From Terriglobia bacterium (GTDB lineage Bacteria; Acidobacteriota; Terriglobia; 20CM-2-55-15): a stretch of DNA of 64,000 nt. The stretch covers positions 800,001-864,000 of the forward strand of contig CBDAOY010000009.1 in assembly GCA_965198225.1 (NCBI GenBank), written 5' to 3'. The notes under the pieces were generated by a model. That model was not told where the DNA came from. It saw only the letters and a program-made list of their open reading frames with translations, and did no database searches. How positions within the stretch are numbered: position 1 is the stretch's first letter; every line of letters starts with the position of its first letter. A program made the translations under genes and the position numbers. Shown piece by piece: positions 20,027 through 29,923 of the stretch.

Positions 20027-21436
20027 CTAGGGGCTCCCCCCCGAAGGGCCCCGGCTATCCGGAAAGAATGCCCGATTGAGGTGCTTCGGCGGTGACCATC
20101 CAATTTGAGGTCCGGGGCTTATGAACCGCGGTTCGCCAAGCCCAAAGGTATGGCCAAGAGCATTCATCTTGCCCGGGTCGGTGATGGCGTCCCATGTTCC
20201 CCGTTCGATGCGACGGACGACGGTCTCGACTGCCGCCGCCATTTCGGCCGTATTGAAGGTGCAGTGCCCAGGCGCGTCAATGAACGCCTGGCGGTAGTGG
20301 GAGTTCCGTCCCGCCCGCCTCACCAATTCTTCGTAAGAGGCCATGTTCGCGGCCGGGGTCCCGGCGTCCCCGATGTTCGAAGTGTGCAACATGGGAATTC
20401 CAATGATCCCAGTATGCGTCCGGGACCTCCAGTAGTTCACTGCTTCCGGAGTCGCTGCGATCCGGGTGCCCGCGTTGATGCGATCGAGGTCCGCCTCGAT
20501 GTCCATCCTGGCTTGAACATACAAGTCCTGAACGATCTGCTTGTGATTTGGATCGGCATTGGCATAGAACTCCCTGTAGTTGACGTCGGTGTTCCATGAC
20601 ATCAGCCCTGCAGGTTGGTCCCACTGTGGACGGGAAGTCACCGCCCGTCTAGCGCCGTCGACTACAACTTTCAGCAGCGCCTCCTGCACAGCTGCCTTGT
20701 CCTCGGGCTCAGGCTTTGGAACGGGGTCCGCATTACTGCCCCAGGTGGGGTACTGAGCGAGCACGCCCGCCAAGGCCATCCGAGCACGCCCCTCAGCCGT
20801 TGCCTGAGCGGCTGCGAGGAAGTTGACCCAGGCGGTATCGGCTGGGCCGGTTGGTCGAGACGTGACGATGAGTGGCAGTTGGTCGTTGGTGTCGAGCAGG
20901 GTCTTAAGCGCGAACGTCAGGTCGAGCCGCATGTTGGCAAGCGTAATCGGGCTGGACGCATGCATCGCAATCACCCCGTCGAATCTGTGCGGGTGGTCTT
21001 CGGCCACGCTGAGAGCAACCGAACCACCGCCGGAGCACCCGAACTGAATAGTATGCTCGGGCCGGCCAAACTCCGCCTCGAATAGGTCCAGCACCTTTAC
21101 CATGTTGTTGGACTCAGCGCGTGGGTCCCAATTGGTGCCTCGATCAGGATGACGTCGCGTGCCGGTGTAGGCGTAACCCCGCGGGAGTAAGAAGTCGGCT
21201 CGTTCCGGGCGGCTCCTTATCCGGTCTAGGTCGTTGATGACCGTCCCGTTCCAGTTCGCCGGTACGGTAATCTGCCACTCTTGACCATCCGGGAAGACGC
21301 CCGTGCGATCAGCAAGTGGCAGGTGGGATTGGCCGGACGCTCCCGGTGTGGCCGCAACGATCGCCGACGCCAGTACTGCCGCTGACAACGCGGCGCCGGC
21401 CCGCCCACACACGACGTTTCTCATGATCCCTCTCAT
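20027..21436 (-). CDS. Secreted alpha/beta hydrolase (tannase/feruloyl-esterase-like)
   Basis: Signal peptide, VPANWNG, GCSGG nucleophile elbow, D and GHC near the C-terminus; RBS GAGGAG upstream of 21436. Confidence 0.7.
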   Translation of the reverse strand: MRGIMRNVVCGRAGAALSAAVLASAIVAATPGASGQSHLPLADRTGVFPDGQEWQITVPANWNGTVINDLDRIRSRPERADFLLPRGYAYTGTRRHPDRGTNWDPRAESNNMVKVLDLFEAEFGRPEHTIQFGCSGGGSVALSVAEDHPHRFDGVIAMHASSPITLANMRLDLTFALKTLLDTNDQLPLIVTSRPTGPADTAWVNFLAAAQATAEGRARMALAGVLAQYPTWGSNADPVPKPEPEDKAAVQEALLKVVVDGARRAVTSRPQWDQPAGLMSWNTDVNYREFYANADPNHKQIVQDLYVQARMDIEADLDRINAGTRIAATPEAVNYWRSRTHTGIIGIPMLHTSNIGDAGTPAANMASYEELVRRAGRNSHYRQAFIDAPGHCTFNTAEMAAAVETVVRRIERGTWDAITDPGKMNALGHTFGLGEPRFISPGPQIGWSPPKHLNRAFFPDSRGPSGGSP

Positions 21437-21938
21437 CTCATCTCCTCGGTCGCTCTTCGATCCTGGCCGGCCAACTAATATTGGACGGAACTTCGTAGCA
21501 ACATGAACCACGCGATTCTGCTGCCTGACAACGCTTTCCTGATTGAGGCTGATCCAATGGATGTGGTGCTTTCATGAACGAATGATTCTGAGCGCTATGC
21601 TGACCGATCCGACGGTCTATGTCCATCAAATCGGCTTTAGCCGAAGCCGGTCGATGGAAGGACCAGATGACTGTAAGACGTGCCAGCTCAACCGGTCGAC
21701 GCAGCACAAGTATTGAATCGTTAAGCGGGGGATGGCACTTACCCCGGCATCACGTAACGTGAGCAACGTTCGACGAGCGTCGCCATGTAGCTGTTCTTCG
21801 ACCCGACCAGCGGGTCGCCTTCCCAATGCCCGGCCGAAAGCTTACTTTTCGTAGCTTTCACGTTTCGATGCCGGCGAAGAATCCGGATTCGAACGTGAAG
21901 CCCCGACTCTGCTCAACAAATCATCCGTTGGGAGGACG

Positions 21939-22004
21939 CTCGAGTTCATGCCGGAAGATTCTTTGGGCTTTTGGGAATCTTATGGATATCACCGGCATGG
22001 GGAT
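21939..22004 (+). pseudogene. Short remnant of a sulfite-oxidase-like molybdopterin oxidoreductase C-terminus
   Basis: Translates LEFMPEDSLGFWESYGYHRHGD, matching the family end motif LEF...D..GFWE..GYH..GD. Confidence 0.5.
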
Positions 22005-22074
22005 CACAGTCGGCCTGCTGTGGCAGACACGCACCGAGTGCTGGTCCGGAATGAAGTCGAAGGCAGCGATTGTC

Positions 22075-22107
22075 GGTAGTGTCCTATTAGTGTGATGGGA
22101 CACTACC
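22075..22107. repeat. GGTAGTGTCC REP-like hairpin (copy 1)
   Basis: ggtagtgtcc...ggacactacc stem; same stem recurs at 60845-60871. Confidence 0.6.
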
Positions 22108-22182
22108 CGATCGTCTTGACGGTTGAGGGTGTACGCGGGAAGGCTCTATACTGCCGTCTTCAGGAGAAACCGGGTGAGACGA

Positions 22183-23175
22183 ATGGCTGCCTTGGCGATC
22201 ACCGGAGCCTTGCTTGTTGCGGGGACGTTGTCCGCCCAGAGTTCGAAGATTCCACAGGACACCGCAATTCAGCATGCCGTGGAGCGGAGCCTTCCCCTGC
22301 TGCAGAAATCCGGCATGACCTCTATAGAGAAGTCCCGGTGCATCTCATGTCATCACAACTCTCTGACCGCCATGACCGTTGCGCTGGCCCGCGACAAAGG
22401 CATCCGGGTCGATGACTACCTTGCCGGCGAGCAATTGAAGGCAGCGGCCCGGTTTGCGGAAGACTGGCGGATACGTCTCCAGGCCGGTTTCGGTATTCCG
22501 GGAGGGGCGGATGCCGTCAGCTATCTGCTGATCGGGCTCGGAGCGGACGAACATCCGGCAGACCCGGCGACGGATCTGATGGCGCTGTTCCTGAAACGAG
22601 CGCAACAGCCCGATGGCCGATGGCGAATTAGTGCGGACCGGCCTCCGATGGAATACTCGGATATCACGGTGACGGCAACATCGCTCCGTGCGCTTCAGCT
22701 CTATTCACCCGAGGGCGAGAAGTTGGATTACGACATGGCCGTGGGGAAGGCCGCCGAATGGATCTTCGGCGCCTCTGCCCGGTCCAGCGAAGAGCATGCG
22801 TTCCGGCTGCTGGCACTGACGTGGGTGAACGCTCCACCCGAGATGATTCGTAGTACAACGCACGAAGCTCTGGCCCAGCAGAAGCCCGATGGTGGCTGGT
22901 CCCAGCTTTCCGACATGCCGAGCGACGTCTACGCGACCGGCCAGATGTTGGTGGCGCTGGACGCAGCCGGTCTACCCGCACACGATGACGCGTACCGTCG
23001 CGGCATCCGATTTCTTCTCGACACCCAACTCGACGACGGTTCGTGGCGTGTCACGACGCGGTCGCTTCCGTTTCAACCGTACTTCGAGACCGACTTCCCC
23101 CACGGCGATGACCAGTGGATTTCTGCCGCCGCTTCCAACTGGGCCACCATGGCGCTGCTGCACTCACTCCCCTAA
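22183..23175 (+). CDS. Secreted prenyltransferase/squalene-oxidase-repeat protein with CxxCH motif
   Basis: QxxDGxW repeats (QQPDGRW, QKPDGGW, QLDDGSW), CISCHH, signal peptide. Confidence 0.8.
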   Translation: MAALAITGALLVAGTLSAQSSKIPQDTAIQHAVERSLPLLQKSGMTSIEKSRCISCHHNSLTAMTVALARDKGIRVDDYLAGEQLKAAARFAEDWRIRLQAGFGIPGGADAVSYLLIGLGADEHPADPATDLMALFLKRAQQPDGRWRISADRPPMEYSDITVTATSLRALQLYSPEGEKLDYDMAVGKAAEWIFGASARSSEEHAFRLLALTWVNAPPEMIRSTTHEALAQQKPDGGWSQLSDMPSDVYATGQMLVALDAAGLPAHDDAYRRGIRFLLDTQLDDGSWRVTTRSLPFQPYFETDFPHGDDQWISAAASNWATMALLHSLP

Positions 23176-23480
23176 CGTCCTTCCATCGGCGACGAGACGG
23201 GACAGCACCCGCAAGGCCCATCGGCGATGCTGTCACTATCTCTGTTACAGGCTACTAGTCGCGTTCCGGAGCTTAAGTGGATCCCGCCAGGCGCCAGCAG
23301 TCTCATGGCTGGACTTAACCTTGCCGTATCGTGTTGATGGCGGTTGTTCGAAGCAACATGATGGCAGGGCTGCCACGCTGGCGACGCGCCCGCTTTCGGG
23401 ACTGGAGTAGAACGCTGGCTCCCATGGCTTTGATTGGGTCTGAATGAGGGACTGAAAGCCAACGTTCCCCCCTGGAGAGT

Positions 23481-23516
23481 TTGCCGCATACACCAATTCA
23501 TACTATATTGGTGTAT
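23481..23516 (+). promoter_or_regulatory. vapBC sigma70 promoter with overlapping palindromic operator
   Basis: TTGCCG-17bp-TATATT; perfect 10-bp inverted repeat atacaccaat (23488-97) / attggtgtat (23507-16). Confidence 0.65.
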
Positions 23517-23536
23517 AGGGGAAGGTGGCTCGGATT

Positions 23537-23749
23537 ATGGGGCGAACCAATATCGAGATCGACGATGGACTGGTCGAAAAGGCGATGCGGCTGACCGGCG
23601 CACGGACGAAACGTGAAGTTGTGGACCTTGCATTGCGGCGCCTGGTGGAGAAGGGACAATTGTATAGGTCGATTCGCCGTCTTCGGGGCCGGCTCAGCTG
23701 GCAAGGGAACATCGATGTCTGGCGCTCATCGCGCACCGTTCGAAAGTGA
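23537..23749 (+). CDS. vapB: VapB-family antitoxin
   Basis: RTNIEIDD.L...AM...G..TKR.VV..AL pattern; GTGA overlap with the PIN gene. Confidence 0.9.
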   Translation: MGRTNIEIDDGLVEKAMRLTGARTKREVVDLALRRLVEKGQLYRSIRRLRGRLSWQGNIDVWRSSRTVRK

Positions 23750-24156
23750 TCATCGTCGACTCCAACACCTGGGCAGACTTTTTCAACGGAGCTCCGACGC
23801 CTCACGTAGAACGCCTCGAACTCGCGCTTCAGGAGGAGGAGGACATTGCCGTTCTTCCCATAGTCATTACAGAGGTTCTTCAGGGATTTCGCTCCGATTC
23901 TGGGTTTCGAAAGGCGGAGCGCGTTCTCACTGCTCTGCCAGTCATTAGTCCCGATGTGGCCTGTCATGTCCGCGCGGCACGGCTGTTCCGTCGATTGAGG
24001 GCAAAAGGGACTACGGTACGCGGCGCCGTCGACTGCATCATCGCCCAGACGTGTCTTGATGCCGGCGCCCAGCTATTGAGTCCCGATGGTGACTTCGCAG
24101 AGATCGCGCGCCACACGTCGCTCCGTTTGTGGCAGGCGCGGGGGCCGGACGACTGA
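23746..24156 (+). CDS. vapC: VapC PIN-domain toxin
   Basis: IIVDSN.W, EVLQG, DCIIA, D.DF acidic PIN residues. Confidence 0.92.
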   Translation: MIIVDSNTWADFFNGAPTPHVERLELALQEEEDIAVLPIVITEVLQGFRSDSGFRKAERVLTALPVISPDVACHVRAARLFRRLRAKGTTVRGAVDCIIAQTCLDAGAQLLSPDGDFAEIARHTSLRLWQARGPDD

Positions 24157-24389
24157 GGGGGCGTTCCGGCACGGACCGCCGCTTTCCCAGAACCTACGAC
24201 GACGCTAGAGTGTCGTTGACGGCGCTTCGAAGCATCTGTTCGCATCCAAGGTGGCTTGCACCTGCTGTCTGTGGCAGTAACTACTTTATCTAGAGTATTT
24301 TATCAACGTGTACCACTAGTCCGATCAGACCCTGGTGATCGGAACCGTCCTGCCCGGGTTTCATTTGCAGCAGTCGTGCGTATATCTTT

Positions 24390-25214
24390 GTGCTTGTCTT
24401 GAGCACGACGAGCCCATCCGAATCGCCAGCACGCAACCCAAGCACTCTCGAGACCGTCTTCTGGTGGCTTTTTGTCGCCACATACTCCGTCTCAATCGTC
24501 CTGCTGCACCGTCAGGGTAATCTGATATTCGGTCGGCTCAGCGAATCCCTCGGAATGCCGGTGTATCTGTTCGCCGCACGCGTCATCGCAGGAGCCAGCG
24601 GTATATTGATCCTGCTTGTGCTGATTCGCGGCCTCATCCAGAGCCGTCAGAAACTCAGGGCATTCCTGCTGTTTCTTCCCGTGATGCTCCTGTTCGATCA
24701 AACGTTGATCTCCGTGCCGATCGAGAGGATCCACTACCCGCAGTACGGCTTTCTCGCGTTGATCGCCTATATGGCCACGCGAAATCAGTACACGGCGGTC
24801 TTGATCGCTTTCGTGGTCGGCTACGTGGACGAGGCCTTTCAGTACTGGGTGCTGTATGCAGCCGACCGCTTCGTCTATTTCGACTGGAACGACATCATCC
24901 TGAACCTGATCGGGGCAGTGGGCGTATTCCTGTTTTTCATGCCTCCGGCGGAACCGGCGCGCAGATTTGCGAAGAAGCACATCCTGGCGGCCGTCGGCGC
25001 CTGGGCTGTGAGTGTCGGTGTGGTGACCTCGCTCTGGGATCCCGATCGGTGGCTGCTGGGCAATCAGGGTGACGCATTCTGGATCGTCACGAACATCGAA
25101 ACGACGTATCACGTCATGAAAGCCGACGAGGGCCTGCTCGTGCTGGGCACATTCTTCATCGTGTCCGTGGGATACTATTTCCCGGGTCGATCACGACCCC
25201 TCGACTTCAGTTGA
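24390..25214 (+). CDS. VanZ-like membrane protein
   Basis: Multiple TM segments; ERIHYPQYG, DEAFQY, FDWNDI..N motif. Start uncertain. Confidence 0.7.
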   Translation: MLVLSTTSPSESPARNPSTLETVFWWLFVATYSVSIVLLHRQGNLIFGRLSESLGMPVYLFAARVIAGASGILILLVLIRGLIQSRQKLRAFLLFLPVMLLFDQTLISVPIERIHYPQYGFLALIAYMATRNQYTAVLIAFVVGYVDEAFQYWVLYAADRFVYFDWNDIILNLIGAVGVFLFFMPPAEPARRFAKKHILAAVGAWAVSVGVVTSLWDPDRWLLGNQGDAFWIVTNIETTYHVMKADEGLLVLGTFFIVSVGYYFPGRSRPLDFS

Positions 25215-25218
25215 GCTG

Positions 25219-27489
25219 ATGTACAGATTCGGACGAGTCCTGGTTTGCGCGGTCGCGGTCACCCTGGTGCCGCCCGGCCAGGCTCAGGAGACCGGGCCCA
25301 CCCCCTGGATTGGAATCGGATACACCGTCGATCCGGAAACGCCCGGGGTGCGAGTCGTATCGCTGCCTTACCGCTCACCCGCAGAGGATGCCGGCGTGCG
25401 GCTGGACGATCTAATCGTGGGAATGGACGGCCACGATTTTGACGACTCTTCCGACCTCGGAACAACCTTCCGGGAATCGATCGCCGAGCGTGATGTCGGG
25501 TCCCGGGTCGTACTGCGAGTCGTTCGTGCCGGGGAGACGCCCATCGATATCCCTGTCGAGATCGGAGAGCGCCCGGCAGGAATCGGTGGGATCAAGGAGT
25601 TCTCCTCATTTGAAGACGTGGAGAACGAGTACCCGACCGCGATTCAGCCCGGAGAGGAGCTGGCTCAGAGTCTGATCGAGGCATTCGGAATCGAAGACGA
25701 TTACGAGGATCTCCGCTCAAGGCTGGCGCGCCTCAGCGACCGAAGCGACCTGTTCCGTCTGTCGCGCGTGGCGTATATCCAGCACGAACCATTTCAGTTG
25801 CAGACGGTCGGCGAAAAGACTTTGGACGAAATTCAAACGGCCATGACCCGCTGGGAGCCTTCATCAATCGTGGGCTTGGCCGCGCAATGGCTCGACGCCG
25901 GAGGGGACACACCCACGCCACTTGAGACCGGTCTCAGCCTTGAAGCGCACCTGGAACAACTTACCCGCCTGCTGTCCCGGATGCAGGCCTCTCGCGAAGC
26001 GGCATTCAGCGGGCTGAGCATGGAGGACCGGCAGTACGTCGAAGACAATCTCGACGATCTGTTTGCCACCTTCGCCAACCAGATCGACATTCAAGCCGAC
26101 CAGGATCGCGAGAGATGGAAACAGAATGCCCGCGTGTTGGAGCTCGTCGACCAGGTGGACCTCGTCAAGCTTGCAGAAGGCGCCGCACTCCTGTCCTCGG
26201 TTGCTGACGATTCATATCTCGAAGAACTGGAGTCGGCGGTGAGAACTGCCTGGGAAGCCGCGGGAAGCCCGGAAGGGATTTTCATCAACAGGGCCTCCGC
26301 CATCGGACAGATTATCGTGGGAGGAACCGGATCGACCTGGTACGACCGGGACGCCACGATTCTTCTCGATCTCGATGGAAGGGATTTCTATACGAACAAC
26401 GCCGGGTCGCCGCGGGCCGACGACATGCCTGCGGCTCTCTTGATCGATTTCGCGGGCGACGACGCGTACGAGGCGACCCTCGACTGGACCCAGGGCGCGG
26501 CACGCATGGGCTATGGTCTTCTGATCGACCGCGATGGGAACGATAACTATTTGGGGCAGGACTGGGCGCAGGGCGCGGCCGTTTTGGGCGCTTCCCTGTT
26601 TGTCGACGAGGCCGGCGACGACGTGTATCGTTCCCGCCAGTATGCACAGGGCGCAGCCGCGTGGGGCGTGGCGCTGCACATCGACCGTGAAGGCGACGAC
26701 CGCTACGATGCGGGCCAACTGGCTCAGGGCCTGGGAATGCCAGGCGGCGCCGGCTGGCTGTTGAACGCCGAAGGCAACGACACGTACTACGCAAAGGGCC
26801 TCCGTCCGACGGGATATGGCGATCCCGGCATCTTCGACAGTTGGTCGCAGGGTTCCGGCGTCGGCTTCCGCGGCCTGTACTCCGGCGGCGCCGCGATCCT
26901 CTATGACGGCGGGGGACGAGACCGCTACGAGGCGGGCAACTTTTCCCAGGGTGGTGGCTACTACTTCGGCGTCGGCTTCCTACACGACCACGGCGGTGAC
27001 GACGACACTTACATCGGATCCCGTTACAACCAGGGCTTTGCCGCCCATCAAGCCATCGGATACTTCAACGATTCAGGGGGCAACGATTACTACACGACCC
27101 GCCATGCCGTGGCCCAGGGCATCGCATGGGACGAAGCCATCGTCCTGTTCATCGACCGCGGTGGCGACGACGTCTACGAGGGTGCGCAGAGTTTTTCTCA
27201 GGGCGCCAGCGCCCACAACGGGTTCTGTGTGTTCCTGGATCTGGGCGGACACAACCGTTTCGATTACAACACGTCCCAAGCTTCAGCGGGACCGAACGAC
27301 TACCACGGGGGTACCAGCTTCTCGTTGTTTGTTGCAGCCGATGGGGACGACAACGTTTACGACTCGGGCATGGATCCTTCGAGCATCCGCCTGACCGGCG
27401 AACACGGTGTTTTCGCGGACCTACCGGGTTCTATTGATGAGGCCCTAGATTCAGAGATCTGGCGTGACCTGATCGATACGCCCCGTTAG
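25219..27489 (+). CDS. Secreted PDZ-domain protein with C-terminal D-x-x-G-D-D-x-Y / QG repeats
   Basis: Signal peptide; PDZ (WIGI...SPAEDAGVR.DD.I); about 10 repeats such as DFAGDDAY, DRDGNDNY, DEAGDDVY with xQGAx. Confidence 0.75.
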   Translation: MYRFGRVLVCAVAVTLVPPGQAQETGPTPWIGIGYTVDPETPGVRVVSLPYRSPAEDAGVRLDDLIVGMDGHDFDDSSDLGTTFRESIAERDVGSRVVLRVVRAGETPIDIPVEIGERPAGIGGIKEFSSFEDVENEYPTAIQPGEELAQSLIEAFGIEDDYEDLRSRLARLSDRSDLFRLSRVAYIQHEPFQLQTVGEKTLDEIQTAMTRWEPSSIVGLAAQWLDAGGDTPTPLETGLSLEAHLEQLTRLLSRMQASREAAFSGLSMEDRQYVEDNLDDLFATFANQIDIQADQDRERWKQNARVLELVDQVDLVKLAEGAALLSSVADDSYLEELESAVRTAWEAAGSPEGIFINRASAIGQIIVGGTGSTWYDRDATILLDLDGRDFYTNNAGSPRADDMPAALLIDFAGDDAYEATLDWTQGAARMGYGLLIDRDGNDNYLGQDWAQGAAVLGASLFVDEAGDDVYRSRQYAQGAAAWGVALHIDREGDDRYDAGQLAQGLGMPGGAGWLLNAEGNDTYYAKGLRPTGYGDPGIFDSWSQGSGVGFRGLYSGGAAILYDGGGRDRYEAGNFSQGGGYYFGVGFLHDHGGDDDTYIGSRYNQGFAAHQAIGYFNDSGGNDYYTTRHAVAQGIAWDEAIVLFIDRGGDDVYEGAQSFSQGASAHNGFCVFLDLGGHNRFDYNTSQASAGPNDYHGGTSFSLFVAADGDDNVYDSGMDPSSIRLTGEHGVFADLPGSIDEALDSEIWRDLIDTPR

Positions 27490-27693
27490 AGTCTCGACCA
27501 GATAGACTTGCCAGAATCTTGTAGTTCGTATTCTGAATGTTTCGAGGAGCTTTGATGAACCTGACCCGCCGGTAGTCGCATATCCGAAGGGTTGAGCTTG
27601 GTAAGTCGCCAACGGAATGGTGGCGGTTGTCCAATAGCCCAGGCGGCAGGCTTGTCCATTGAGTATCCGAGCCGTCTTGGAGAAAAGACGCCC

Positions 27694-29130
27694 ATGAAAC
27701 ACGTTTTGAGCCAACTAGCGCTGATTATCCCGCTAGCGCTACTTGTTGAGCCCGGTGCGAGCAGCCAGTCCATCGTGACCCCAACTTTGACTGGGATCAC
27801 TCCTGTCGGCATCCCTGCTGGACTAAATTCAGCGGCTGCGTCCGCGACCGGCCGCGCCGAGTGGCCGCAGTGGCGCGGTCCCGGCGGCCGGGCGATATCC
27901 GGCGAGACAGGCCTGCCGCTGAGCTGGAGCGACACCGAAAACCTGGCCTGGAAGGTAGAGATCGAGGGCAGGGGACACTCTTCTCCCAGCGTATGGGGTA
28001 ACCGGGTGTTCCTCACGACCGCGGTGCAAGGCGAGGAGGTCCCCGGCGCCGAGCCGCCCGTCCACACCTATGCAGGCGAAGTGTTCCTCCACCCCGATTC
28101 CATGGGCGCAAACTTTAGCCACACGTTGAAGGTCGTGGCCTTCGACGCCACCACCGGCGAAAGGGCCTGGGAGCAGGTCGCGTACGAGGGCCGGGTCTTC
28201 GACGACCGCCACCGTATGGGCTCCTACGCCAACGCCACCGTCGCGACCGACGGCGAGTACGTCTACGCCTACTTCGGCCCCGAGGGGCTCTACTGCTACG
28301 ACTTCGACGGGAACCTCGTCTGGCAGGCCGAGATTGGCAAGATCAAGACTGAAGGCCTCGGTACCGGCACCTCGCCGGTGATCTATGAGAACCTGGTCAT
28401 TATCGCGGCCGACGAGGACGAGGGCGCGGAGTCTTTCATCGTCGCCCTCGACCGCTTCACCGGCGAGGAAGTGTGGAAAGAATCGCGACCGGTGCAGGCG
28501 AGCTGGGCGACGCCGCTGCTGGTCGTGGACCCCAACGATCGAACCCAGCTCGTGGCCAGCGGTAACGAGCTCTTGCTCTCCTACGACCCGGCGACCGGGG
28601 AAGAGCTGTGGCGCGCCGAGGGGCTGATGAGCCACGCCATTCACACCCCCCTGACCGCCGGGGAGATGGTCTACCTGACGTCGGGCTTCCCCAGCAAGGT
28701 CCTCCAGGCCTTTCGCCTGGGCGCTTACGGTGACCTGAGCGGGAGCGAGAGCCTCGTGTGGGAATACAACAAGGGAATGGCGTACGTCACTTCGAACATC
28801 GTGTATGGGGGGCACGTCTACCTGTTCAACGATGGTGGAGTCGTGACCTGCCTCGACGCCCTCACCGGTGAGATCGTCTACGAGGGCGGCAGGCCCCCTG
28901 TACCGGGGAGCTTCAAATCGTCTCCGGTGGCCTACGACGGCAAGATCCTCATCGCCAGCGAGGAGGGCGACCTGTTCGTGATCAAGGCGGGGCCCGAGTT
29001 CGAGGTGCTCGTCACCAACTCGATGAACGAGGTCGTCTGGGCATCGCCGGCAATTTCCCACGGAAAGATCTTCATCCGCGGCGACCGGCATCTGTTCGCG
29101 GTCGGCCAGGCGCAAGGGAACGAGGATTAG
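27694..29130 (+). CDS. PQQ-binding-like beta-propeller (BamB-like) protein
   Basis: WPQWRGP, G.SSP, TGE..W repeats, ASPAIS.G.IFIRG. Confidence 0.88.
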   Translation: MKHVLSQLALIIPLALLVEPGASSQSIVTPTLTGITPVGIPAGLNSAAASATGRAEWPQWRGPGGRAISGETGLPLSWSDTENLAWKVEIEGRGHSSPSVWGNRVFLTTAVQGEEVPGAEPPVHTYAGEVFLHPDSMGANFSHTLKVVAFDATTGERAWEQVAYEGRVFDDRHRMGSYANATVATDGEYVYAYFGPEGLYCYDFDGNLVWQAEIGKIKTEGLGTGTSPVIYENLVIIAADEDEGAESFIVALDRFTGEEVWKESRPVQASWATPLLVVDPNDRTQLVASGNELLLSYDPATGEELWRAEGLMSHAIHTPLTAGEMVYLTSGFPSKVLQAFRLGAYGDLSGSESLVWEYNKGMAYVTSNIVYGGHVYLFNDGGVVTCLDALTGEIVYEGGRPPVPGSFKSSPVAYDGKILIASEEGDLFVIKAGPEFEVLVTNSMNEVVWASPAISHGKIFIRGDRHLFAVGQAQGNED

Positions 29131-29202
29131 GGCGCTGCCGCAAGGGCTGTCTGGTTCACGTTTCTAGGTTTTCAGTTACTGGACAGGGTAAGAGGAGGTT
29201 TG

Positions 29203-29412
29203 ATGGCGTTTTGCGCGATATGCGGAAGAGATCATCCGGTTGGACCCTGCGCTGGCAACCCTATCGAACCTCCGCTCGGTTCTCGTGGAAAACTGAAGCG
29301 CAGTTTTGATCCCGAGTTTGCAAGGACTGTCAGGAAGAAGGAAAGGCTTTTGCTGCTGGCCGGGCTGGCAGTGATCGCCTTGGCAATAGCCGTGATTGCT
29401 CTGATTACGTGA
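29203..29412 (+). CDS. Small hypothetical membrane protein with N-terminal CxxC-H-C
   Basis: RBS GAGGAGG; MAFCAICGRDHPVGPC; C-terminal hydrophobic helix. Confidence 0.5.
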   Translation: MAFCAICGRDHPVGPCAGNPIEPPLGSRGKLKRSFDPEFARTVRKKERLLLLAGLAVIALAIAVIALIT

Positions 29413-29533
29413 GTTGAGTCTCGCCCCAACAAAGGACTCTCAACACTCCAGAAATCTTGTCGCCGAACTTCTGAAAGCGCACCCGGGACTCTAAGTGCGC
29501 GAGATCGCGATCAGGCCCGAGGAGTCCGCCAAG

Positions 29534-29923
29534 CTATATACCGCCGGCAGCCTCAGACAGGGGATCGGCTAGGGCAAGGATGTGATTCTGCTGCTCGTGA
29601 GTGATCGGCACCCTCACTCGAAAGTTGGTCACGCCCGACAAGTGTTTTCGACACAATTCGAGGTAAGGCTGCGATGCTCCGCAGTTGACTGTGATGACCA
29701 TAGCCACCGATCCGCCCTGCAGGATCGCAGCACCATCATATCGGGTGACGTCCGCAACCGGGTCGCGATGCCGGGTCAGCCTGCCTACCGTGATGCGGTC
29801 ACGACCGACCTCGATGTGCAGTTGAGGGGGATCGCTGGAGTCTTCGCGACGAACGGTGACGACAGGGTCGCTACCGACGACGCATGCGGCTGACGATGAG
29901 ATCAACGGAGTATGAGTAATCAT
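29534..29923 (-). CDS. Hypothetical protein coupled to the TPR gene
   Basis: ATG at 29923 overlaps the stop of 29920..31710 (ATGA). Confidence 0.5.
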   Translation of the reverse strand: MITHTPLISSSAACVVGSDPVVTVRREDSSDPPQLHIEVGRDRITVGRLTRHRDPVADVTRYDGAAILQGGSVAMVITVNCGASQPYLELCRKHLSGVTNFRVRVPITHEQQNHILALADPLSEAAGGI

